DNA of 64,000 nucleotides, taken from an uncultured Bacilli bacterium (lineage in GTDB: Bacteria > Bacillota_I > Bacilli_A > RF39 > UBA660). This document shows positions 21,213 through 29,911 of the stretch, in pieces. A program made the position numbers and the translations under genes. Every line of letters begins with the position of its first letter. Positions within the stretch are counted from its first letter, which is position 1. Location: the NCBI GenBank assembly GCA_944371325.1, contig CALVXO010000004.1, positions 4,950 through 68,949 on the forward strand. Reading direction: 5' to 3'. The notes under the pieces are model-generated. The model saw only the letters and a program-made list of their open reading frames with translations, ran no database searches and was not told the DNA's origin.

Positions 21213-22670
21213 ATGGATAAAGAGTTAGATAAAATAATTAAGCATATTAAAGATATGAATGGTAATAGTAGTGACATTAATGTAAGATACTTTAATATTC
21301 ATAAAGAAAAAGTAGCTTTCATGTTTTTAGAAAGTGTTGCTAGTGATGATAAAATAAGTAATTATTTAGGCAAAAGTTTAAGTATTAATGTAAGAAGTAA
21401 AAAAAATATATTTGAAAATTTATTTGATAATATTAATAATACAATTCCTAATAGTAAAGTTAAGATAATAGATAACTATGACGATATTTTTTATCATTTA
21501 GCAAGCGGTTTTACTTGTGTTTTTGTCGATGGTTATAATAAAGCAATCACTTTAGAAACTAAAGCTTTATTAGATAGAAGTGTTACTGAAGCTACTAGTG
21601 AACCTGTTTTAAAAGGTCCTAAAGATTGTTTTATTGAAAATATACTAGCTAATATGGGATTAATTAGGAAAAGAATTAAAGATCCCAATCTTTATTTTGA
21701 AGAAACAAAAGTTGGAAGAAGGACAAAAACAAAAGTTATAATTGGTTATATTAAAGATATTGCTGATGAAGAAAAAGTAAATTTATTAAAGAAAAAACTA
21801 GAAAAAATTAATATTGATGGAATCATCGATTCAAATTATATAAAAGAATTATTAACCGATAATCAAAAATCTTTTTTACCAAGAGTAATATCTACAGAAA
21901 GACCTGATTTAACCGCCATGGGATTATTAGACGGTAAAATAGCTATCATCGTAGAAAACACTCCTTATGTTTTATTACTTCCTACCGTATTTGCTGATTT
22001 TTTCAAATCATCTGAAGACTATTATACAAAACCATTTAATGCCTCTTTTACAAGAATTTTAAGATATATTGCATTCTTTATTGCTATTTTAGTGCCAGCT
22101 TTTTATATTGCCGTAACAACATTTAATATGGAAATTGTTCCTAGTTCTTTATTAATATCATTTTCCATTCAAAGGGAAAGTGTTCCCTTTCCCACCATAA
22201 TAGAGGTTCTAATACTAGTAATTTCTTATGAGATATTAAGAGAAGCCGATACAAGAAAACCACAAATCATGGGCGCATCCATCAGCATTGTCGGTGCTTT
22301 AATTTTAGGTGAAGCAGCTGTTTCTGCCGGCGTTATATCGCCAATTGTTGTTATTGTTATTTCTATTTCAGCTGTTTCAGGAATGGGTTTCAATGATCCA
22401 GACATAACAAATGCAATTAGAACATGGAGAATATTATTCATGTTGGCCGCTTGTATGTTTGGAATTGTTGGAATCGTCACTTTATTCATTATTTTTATAA
22501 CTAAATTAAATAGTATTGAAGTATTGGGTACACCTTATCTTTCCCCTTTATCTCCTTTTAGTTTAAAAGATTTTAAAAATTCTTTGACAAGATTCCCTCA
22601 ACAAAAAATAAAAACAAGACCATCTTATTTTAATAAAAAAAACATTAATAGAATAGGAAGTGACAAATGA
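21213..22670 (+). CDS. Spore germination receptor subunit A (GerKA/GerA family)
   Basis: EPVLKGPKDCFIE, STERPD, RESVPFP, SIVGALILGEAAVSAG, GTPYLSPLSP. Confidence 0.92.
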   Translation: MDKELDKIIKHIKDMNGNSSDINVRYFNIHKEKVAFMFLESVASDDKISNYLGKSLSINVRSKKNIFENLFDNINNTIPNSKVKIIDNYDDIFYHLASGFTCVFVDGYNKAITLETKALLDRSVTEATSEPVLKGPKDCFIENILANMGLIRKRIKDPNLYFEETKVGRRTKTKVIIGYIKDIADEEKVNLLKKKLEKINIDGIIDSNYIKELLTDNQKSFLPRVISTERPDLTAMGLLDGKIAIIVENTPYVLLLPTVFADFFKSSEDYYTKPFNASFTRILRYIAFFIAILVPAFYIAVTTFNMEIVPSSLLISFSIQRESVPFPTIIEVLILVISYEILREADTRKPQIMGASISIVGALILGEAAVSAGVISPIVVIVISISAVSGMGFNDPDITNAIRTWRILFMLAACMFGIVGIVTLFIIFITKLNSIEVLGTPYLSPLSPFSLKDFKNSLTRFPQQKIKTRPSYFNKKNINRIGSDK

Positions 22671-23827
22671 AAAAATTATTAATCATTCCATTAATATTCC
22701 TATTAACTGGTTGTTGGAATTATCGCGAACTTAATCAATTAGCTATAACAACTGGGATTGCAGTAGATAAAGAAAATGATAATTATAAAATAACTATTAT
22801 GATAGCTAATTCTAAAAAAAGCAGTAGTTCAGATGGTAGTATAACTCCATCAGCAGCTGTTTACGATGGAACAGGTCAAACAATTTATGAAGCCTTTAAA
22901 GATACATCTTTAAGTGTATCTAAACAAATTTATCTAAGCCATATTGATGTATTAGTACTATCTGAAGAAATTGCGAAAAATAATTTAACTGATGTAATTG
23001 ATTTCCTATTTCGTTATCCCCAAACAAGAAATAATTTTTATTTAGTTTTAGCAAAAGATAAAAAAGCTAGCGACATCTTAAAAGTAACTACGCCAATAGA
23101 GACATTTCCCTCTCAAAATCTAGCTAAAAATCTTGAAATAACTGATAAATTACAAGGATTTACTTATACAGTCGATTTTACTGATTTCACAAAATCACTT
23201 GTATCAGAAGGGATAAATCCTATTCTTCCATCAGTAACAATCATCGGAAATAGTGAAGAAGGAAATAAAGAAGAAAACGTACAACAAAATGAACCATCTA
23301 CTTATTTAAAATTAGACATATTAGGATTATTTAAAAAAGATAAATTTGTTGCATGGGCTAATCCTAATCAAAGCAAAGGAATCAATATAATCAATAATAA
23401 AATATACATATTAGGAGTTATTATTAATTACCAAAATGAAAAAATAGTAACAGAAATAACCGAAATGAAAACTGATTTTAAAGTTGAAAATAACAAAGTG
23501 AAAATAACTATTGATACAACAGGAGCAATTCAAGAAGTAAATTCTAATGTTGATCTATATAATCTTAAAACTATTGAAGAAATTCAAAATTCAGATGTTG
23601 AAAAAATTAAAGAATATGTTAATGATGCTATTAATTTAGCCAAAGATAATAAAACGGATATTTTTGGTTTTGGAAACTATGTTTATAAGAATAATCCTAA
23701 AAAATGGAATGAAATAAAAGATAAATGGGACGATGAAATATTCCCTAGTTTAGAAGTAGAAATAGAAGTCAATCTAAAACTTCAGGCCAAAGGTTCAATA
23801 AATAATATCGTCGAGGTGAGAGAATGA
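22667..23827 (+). CDS. Spore germination receptor lipoprotein subunit C (Ger(x)C)
   Basis: LLTGCWNYRELNQLAI lipobox signature, DIFGFG...W. Confidence 0.92.
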   Translation: MKKLLIIPLIFLLTGCWNYRELNQLAITTGIAVDKENDNYKITIMIANSKKSSSSDGSITPSAAVYDGTGQTIYEAFKDTSLSVSKQIYLSHIDVLVLSEEIAKNNLTDVIDFLFRYPQTRNNFYLVLAKDKKASDILKVTTPIETFPSQNLAKNLEITDKLQGFTYTVDFTDFTKSLVSEGINPILPSVTIIGNSEEGNKEENVQQNEPSTYLKLDILGLFKKDKFVAWANPNQSKGINIINNKIYILGVIINYQNEKIVTEITEMKTDFKVENNKVKITIDTTGAIQEVNSNVDLYNLKTIEEIQNSDVEKIKEYVNDAINLAKDNKTDIFGFGNYVYKNNPKKWNEIKDKWDDEIFPSLEVEIEVNLKLQAKGSINNIVEVRE

Positions 23828-24897
23828 AAGTAACTAATTCAGAATATGCTTGTTTATCATCTTTTTTAATAAGATCATTATTTTTTGGACCAGCTATTTA
23901 TAGTATCTTACATTTTGCTTTACAAGATGGCTGGATAAGTATCATCGTTTCATTTATTTTAAGCTTTATTCCTTTAATTATTTATTATAAGCTACTAAAT
24001 TGTAATCCTAATGATAATATTGTTAGCTTAAATAACAAATTAGGATTAATAGGAAAAATAATTAATACAATTCTAACAGCTTTTGTTATTTTTCACGCCA
24101 GTCTAATTCTATGGAATTTAACTAACTTCATATATTCACAATTTCTATTCCAAACACCATTAATTGTTATTGCTATTATTATTTCCTTTGGCATATTTTA
24201 TATCAGTATTAAAAACCTAACAACTATTGCTAGAACGGGAACTGTTTTCTTTATTATTAGCACTATACTATATTTTATAGCAGCTTTATCTTTAATTAGT
24301 AAATGCGATTTAAATGGTCTTAAACCCATTTTCAACTCAGGTATTATGCCAATTCTAAAGGGAAGTTTTTCTTCTTTAGGACTTAATATATTCCCTTTAT
24401 TTATAATTTTAATAATACCGAAAAATAACATCAAAAATAATAACAAAATTATATCATCTTTCTTTAAAGTTTATATTTTCAGATATTTGTGCATGCTATC
24501 AGTATTAGTAATTTGTGTAGCTATTTTGGGAATAGAATTAACTAACCTTTATCAATATCCGGAATATCACATTTTAAAAACTATTAATATTGCTAACTTT
24601 TTTCAAAGAGTCGAATCAGTTTTATCAGTTCAGTGGATATTTGATGCTGTCATGTCAATAACATTATGCCTTTATTATGTTAAAGAAAGTATAACCAAAA
24701 CATTTAATTTAAAAAACAAATTTAATTTAATAAATATTATTTGCATTATTAGTATTTTAATTATCGCAAATTATATCTTTACTAGTAATACGGTAGCAGA
24801 AACATTTTATAAAAATATTTATCCTTTTCTAACTTCAATCTTTTTCTTAATTATTCCTTTGATAATATTAATAATAGTTAAAGTTAAGAAAACTTAA
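23824..24897 (+). CDS. Spore germination receptor subunit B (GerAB/KB permease)
   Basis: Multi-TM, QDGWIS, LKPIF, YPEY..., FFQRVES; A-C-B order as in gerK operons. Confidence 0.88.
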   Translation: MKVTNSEYACLSSFLIRSLFFGPAIYSILHFALQDGWISIIVSFILSFIPLIIYYKLLNCNPNDNIVSLNNKLGLIGKIINTILTAFVIFHASLILWNLTNFIYSQFLFQTPLIVIAIIISFGIFYISIKNLTTIARTGTVFFIISTILYFIAALSLISKCDLNGLKPIFNSGIMPILKGSFSSLGLNIFPLFIILIIPKNNIKNNNKIISSFFKVYIFRYLCMLSVLVICVAILGIELTNLYQYPEYHILKTINIANFFQRVESVLSVQWIFDAVMSITLCLYYVKESITKTFNLKNKFNLINIICIISILIIANYIFTSNTVAETFYKNIYPFLTSIFFLIIPLIILIIVKVKKT

Positions 24898-25725
24898 TTA
24901 TTCTAATTTTCTCGCTATATTATATCCAACAACTAGCAATACAAGGGCAACTATAGTTTCTAAAATGCTATAGTTGTTTTTAAATGTTTCAAAAAATAAA
25001 CTCAACACCGAACTTAAAGTAAATCCAAGAATTCCACAGTACATATACTCCTTTTTTTTATCAAATAAATATGTCATCACTTTAGATAATATAATAACAC
25101 ATAAAACAATACCTAATAAATAAGGGATAACTTTAAAAATATTAGTAAAAATAGCTGCCACACTAGTTAGAGAACTTAAAAAATTTAATAACAAATTATA
25201 ACAACCTAAAATCATCATCACTGCTGTTCCGCTAATACCAGGAATTATCATAGTTAAAGCATCAATAAAACCAATAATAAAAAATAATAAAAAATTAATT
25301 AATTCATTGGATGTCTCAACAAAAAAATGTTGACCATTCACTAAAAAAATCAAAAAAACTGTGGAAAAACTTAAAGTTAAAATCAAAATATGTATAAATT
25401 TCACTTTTTTAATATTAATATTATCGATCAAAGAAGGAATTCCTCCCATTATTAAACCGATGAATAAAAGAATAGTTGGAAAATAATAATTATTAATAAA
25501 ATAAAGAATCAAACCACTAGTCAAAGAAATAGATAGTAATACTCCTAATCCGATAGGAAATAAAAATAAAAAATTATTAATTGGATTTTCAAAAAAATTA
25601 CTAATTGCTTTAATAGCCTTTTCGTAAATTCCAAAACTAATTGCAATTAAAGCTCCACTAACACCAGGAATTATTTTGGCTATTCCTATTATAAATCCTT
25701 TTAATAACAAAGTTAAAAAATTCAT
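24898..25725 (-). CDS. DUF368-family membrane protein
   Basis: IIPGVSG and IIPGISG repeats, multi-TM. Confidence 0.85.
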   Translation of the reverse strand: MNFLTLLLKGFIIGIAKIIPGVSGALIAISFGIYEKAIKAISNFFENPINNFLFLFPIGLGVLLSISLTSGLILYFINNYYFPTILLFIGLIMGGIPSLIDNINIKKVKFIHILILTLSFSTVFLIFLVNGQHFFVETSNELINFLLFFIIGFIDALTMIIPGISGTAVMMILGCYNLLLNFLSSLTSVAAIFTNIFKVIPYLLGIVLCVIILSKVMTYLFDKKKEYMYCGILGFTLSSVLSLFFETFKNNYSILETIVALVLLVVGYNIARKLE

Positions 25726-25760
25726 AAATCACCTCAAAAAAAAGATGTTGTTATAACATC

Positions 25761-26762
25761 TTATTCAAAGTAATCTATTTTCATGTTTTCTCTAACTAGT
25801 TTCATTTTATTTTTCGCATACTTTTGTGCTTTTAAAGTTCCCTCTTTTAAAATATTGTCAACTACATCAATATTTTCTTCATAATATTTTCTTTTCTCTT
25901 GAATTGGTTTTAAAAATTCCATCATCTTATTAATAAGTTCTTTTTTACAAGCTACACAACCACGACTGCCATTTTTACATTCTTGACATACAGTTTCTAA
26001 ATTATCTTGATTAACTAACTTATGATAATAATAAACCATACAAACATCGGGATTAGCCTTATCATCTTTCCTTATTTTATTAGGATCAGTTACAGCTGAC
26101 ATAATTTTTTTAGAAATAGTTTCATAATCATCAATTAAATAAATAGCATTACCTAAACTTTTTCCCATTTTTTCATTACCATCTAATCCTTTAATTCTAG
26201 TATTTTTTGTTAATAATTGTTCTGGTTCTACTAATGTATCACCATATATAGAATTAAATTTACGAACTATTTCACGGCATTGTTCTAAAAGTGGTAATTG
26301 ATCTTCACCTACTGGTACAAGCTCGCCATCAAACATAGTAATATCAGCAGCTTGACTTACGGGATAGCCTAAAAAACCATAAGTAACACTTTCACCATTA
26401 CCAAACAATTCTTTTTTTTGTTTAATTTCTGTTTTAACAGTTGGATTACGATATAATCTAGAAATAGTTACTAAATTAGAATAATAAACTGTAGCTTCAG
26501 CTATTTCAGGTATATATGATTGAATAAAAATAGTTGTTTTTTTAGGATCAATACCACAAGCTAACAAATCTAAAGTTAATTCTTTAACATTTTTTCTAAC
26601 TTTATCGGGATTATTAAAATTGTCAGTTAATGCTTGAACATCAGCTATTTCAATAAAAGTATTATATTTATCTTGTAAATCAACCCAATTAGAAACAGCT
26701 CCAAAATAATGCCCTAAATGTAAATTTCCAGTTGGTCTAATACCTGTTAATATATTTTTCAT
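25761..26762 (-). CDS. trpS: Tryptophan--tRNA ligase
   Basis: TGIRPTGNLHLGH, VPVGEDQ, KMGKS. Confidence 0.95.
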   Translation of the reverse strand: MKNILTGIRPTGNLHLGHYFGAVSNWVDLQDKYNTFIEIADVQALTDNFNNPDKVRKNVKELTLDLLACGIDPKKTTIFIQSYIPEIAEATVYYSNLVTISRLYRNPTVKTEIKQKKELFGNGESVTYGFLGYPVSQAADITMFDGELVPVGEDQLPLLEQCREIVRKFNSIYGDTLVEPEQLLTKNTRIKGLDGNEKMGKSLGNAIYLIDDYETISKKIMSAVTDPNKIRKDDKANPDVCMVYYYHKLVNQDNLETVCQECKNGSRGCVACKKELINKMMEFLKPIQEKRKYYEENIDVVDNILKEGTLKAQKYAKNKMKLVRENMKIDYFE

Positions 26763-26764
26763 AA

Positions 26765-27919
26765 CTACCTCCTTACAGCTAATAAATAAATTGCTGCTGC
26801 AAATTCTTTTGGAAAAAAATTAAATACAGCATTTATTTTATCACAATTTTGTAATTTTAAATATATATATTTTGTAATAATAGATTTATCAAGTATTTTT
26901 TTTATTTCATCTAAATCAAATTTATCAAAATTAATATCTTTAGTTTCTTCTAATTTATCTAAAAGAATTTTATTTAAATCATAAGAATTATATATTTTAT
27001 CAACTTTAACTTTAAATATTTCTAATGTGTCTTCAATTATTTTGTTAAATTTTTTTTGATCATAATTTTTAAAATTGCCAATATAACTTAATTTACTACA
27101 AATATCATCTATTTGATTATGATAACTATAATATAAATTTGTTAACGTTCCTTTTTTAAAAGTATATAACTTACCATCTAATTTTTTAAACTTTTTTAAT
27201 GTATCGTTATATCCTAATTTAATCATCCTTTTAGTTACATTTGAATCAAACATTAAAAATGAATCTAATTTATTATTTGGTTCAATATAAGTTATTTTTA
27301 TATCTTTATTTTTTATTCTTTTTTTAAATCCTATCGAACCTAAATCCACAGCAATTATTTCAGTAGCTCCTAATTCTATTGCCAAATTGATTGGTAAATT
27401 ATCATAATATCCACCATCTACTAAAATGTCATTGCCAATTTTAGTTGGTTTAAAAAAGGGAAAACATGTAGCAGATGCTAATATATATTTTTTTAATTTA
27501 TCAGGTCTAGTATTTTTTTTAGTTGAAACAGTAACCTTTCTAGTTGACAAATTGAAAGAAACCACACCAAAAGCAATTCTAGAATTATATAGTTTATCAG
27601 GCTTATAATTATCATTGATCAATTGTTCTATTTTTTTAGTATCGATACCACCATCAACTATTTTATTTAAATATTCTAAATACATCTCTTTAGAATTATT
27701 TATTTGTTTAAAATTATCATATAAAATATCATAATTAATATTTTTCCATATCCTCAAACATTTATAAAATTCTTTTTGAGTCATCATCATTCCATTTATT
27801 GCCCCAATAGAAGTACCTGTTACAATATCGTATTTAATATGTAATTTACGAAGTGCTTTCCAAACACCAACTTCATAAGCTCCTTTAGCTCCACCACCAG
27901 ATAATACAATAGCTAGCAT
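26765..27919 (-). CDS. Patatin-like phospholipase
   Basis: GGGAKG, GTSIG, DGG motifs. Confidence 0.9.
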   Translation of the reverse strand: MLAIVLSGGGAKGAYEVGVWKALRKLHIKYDIVTGTSIGAINGMMMTQKEFYKCLRIWKNINYDILYDNFKQINNSKEMYLEYLNKIVDGGIDTKKIEQLINDNYKPDKLYNSRIAFGVVSFNLSTRKVTVSTKKNTRPDKLKKYILASATCFPFFKPTKIGNDILVDGGYYDNLPINLAIELGATEIIAVDLGSIGFKKRIKNKDIKITYIEPNNKLDSFLMFDSNVTKRMIKLGYNDTLKKFKKLDGKLYTFKKGTLTNLYYSYHNQIDDICSKLSYIGNFKNYDQKKFNKIIEDTLEIFKVKVDKIYNSYDLNKILLDKLEETKDINFDKFDLDEIKKILDKSIITKYIYLKLQNCDKINAVFNFFPKEFAAAIYLLAVRR

Positions 27920-27931
27920 ATTTCATCTCCA

Positions 27932-29155
27932 TTAATTAGAATACACATAAAAATTAATATTCTTATTAAATTCTAATTCTTTATAATCTAAAATATTTTT
28001 TATTCCAAATGTATCATTAAAAACTTTAACTTTATTATCTTCTATAAAATAAACATAATTATCAACATAATTAATTGAATCGATTGATTGTGTACTAAAT
28101 AAATAGATAAGACCTAATTGATTTTGCTTGTTAATTCTATAACAATCATATTTATTGCCATTCTTTTTATATAAGTAATAGTAACTATCTACTTGATCTA
28201 TTTTAATATAATCATTGTTTTCATAATCAACTTTATTAACAACAAATTTTTTTTCTTCTTTAGCTTCTTTTACTGTCATTGTTGTCCATGTTCCATCATA
28301 ATACTTAATTTCATTACTTAATTTTATTATAGTTTGTTTTGCTGGATCAATTTCATATTGAATATTATTATCTTTATCATATAAATAAATTTTATTATCA
28401 ACAACACCTTGAATATAACTATCCGTAGAAATTGCTTTATCAGATACAATTGTACTTGATTTTAATGTTACCATATTAATAACATTTATTTTATTAAAAC
28501 TATGTTCTTCATTATAATCAGCTACAACATAATAACTATCAACAAATGTACCTAATTTTTGATTATATATATCTTTTTTAAATAAACTTATATTATGAAT
28601 AATAGAATCAAATTTATTATTAATGTTATAAAGACCTTTATAATTCGTAATTCCGATAAAATGATTATCTATCAAATTTTTCGTATATATATTAATATTT
28701 TCTTTTGTTTCGCTTTCCGTACTATCAATAAATTTGTTTTTATCATATAAACTAATACTGTTTACAAAATCATCAAGTCCCTGATCATTTAGGTTATGAT
28801 AATAAACCAAATGATTATCATTCATACACATTACATCAGTAAATGTTTTATTTCCTTTAAATATTGGTAAAATACATTCATATTTTTCATTTTTATAATA
28901 ATATATATCAGTTAACACTTTAAAACTTTTATTGTAATCATTAAAAATTTGAAAAGAAAAATTAGTTTCATTAACCATTATTTCATACAAATAACTATTG
29001 TTTTCAAAATTAGATAATTCTTTTATATTAAAAACATAATCATCCTTATTTATCTTATATTCATACTCTTGACCATCACTAAACCAATAAAAAGCAAATT
29101 GGATACCTAAATATAATGCAAATAATACTACTAACATAAAAAATAATTTTCTCAT
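27932..29155 (-). CDS. Hypothetical membrane-anchored protein
   Basis: Start reassigned to MRKLFF after a GGTGA RBS; N-terminal TM, beta-rich extracellular part. Confidence 0.7.
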   Translation of the reverse strand: MRKLFFMLVVLFALYLGIQFAFYWFSDGQEYEYKINKDDYVFNIKELSNFENNSYLYEIMVNETNFSFQIFNDYNKSFKVLTDIYYYKNEKYECILPIFKGNKTFTDVMCMNDNHLVYYHNLNDQGLDDFVNSISLYDKNKFIDSTESETKENINIYTKNLIDNHFIGITNYKGLYNINNKFDSIIHNISLFKKDIYNQKLGTFVDSYYVVADYNEEHSFNKINVINMVTLKSSTIVSDKAISTDSYIQGVVDNKIYLYDKDNNIQYEIDPAKQTIIKLSNEIKYYDGTWTTMTVKEAKEEKKFVVNKVDYENNDYIKIDQVDSYYYLYKKNGNKYDCYRINKQNQLGLIYLFSTQSIDSINYVDNYVYFIEDNKVKVFNDTFGIKNILDYKELEFNKNINFYVYSN

Positions 29156-29235
29156 ATACTCACCTATAATTATTATATATGATTTTTTTATAATTATCAA
29201 TATATAATAATTATAAAATTAGGTGTTTAATTCAC

Positions 29236-29262
29236 ACCCTTTTGTCATTGTTGAATATGCTA
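29236..29262 (+). promoter_or_regulatory. Possible sigmaK-like promoter of the coat gene
   Basis: AC-N16-AATAtgcTA versus consensus AC-N16/17-CATAnnnTA; a weak motif in AT-rich DNA. Confidence 0.4.
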
Positions 29263-29288
29263 TATTAGAAAATGAAAGGGTGGATTTT

Positions 29289-29489
29289 ATGTGTAATAAT
29301 GAAAATGAATCTTGCAAATGCATAGCAGAAATATTAACAGTAATATGTATTTTACAACAAAACGCAAATTGTTCTGATTCATGTTTAGATACATGTGATC
29401 GTGGATTTTTAGGCTGTGGCACTACTACTTATACTTGCAATACAAGACCTATAATGTTATATACATGCTGTGGTAATGGAACACCATGG
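29289..29489 (+). CDS. CotY/CotZ-family spore coat protein, 5' half (interrupted)
   Basis: MCNNENESCKCIAEILTVICILQQ...CLDTCDRGFLG...NTRPIMLYTCCGNGTPW resembles the Cys-rich N-half of CotY/CotZ/ExsY; RBS gaaagggtgg; stop one codon past the junction. Confidence 0.85.
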
Positions 29490-29911
29490 GATTGACGTTA
29501 AAGTGATAAATTATAATTAAAAGATAACATAAATATTGACACTAAACGGCATATATAAGTCGTTTTTTTATTATTTAATAATCAAATACGCCACATCGCC
29601 AACTATAAATAATGGCCTGCCTTTATAAATTTAAGAAAATTTTTCTTTTTTTTAAAAGCACTTATAAAAAATCATTTAAATGTGATAAACAATAATATAT
29701 TTTTTTATTATAAATAAATAAGTAAGTAGAAATTTTAACTCTAATAACAAACATTAGGGGTATTTTACAATCAATAAAAACAAATAATAATTGATATTAA
29801 ATATTGCTAATAAACGTTGTTTAAAGTCTTAAAAAATTACAAATTATTGGAAATATATGGTAAAATAAGGTTGTATTAATTAATTTTTTTCAAAGGGATA
29901 GTGATTAAACA

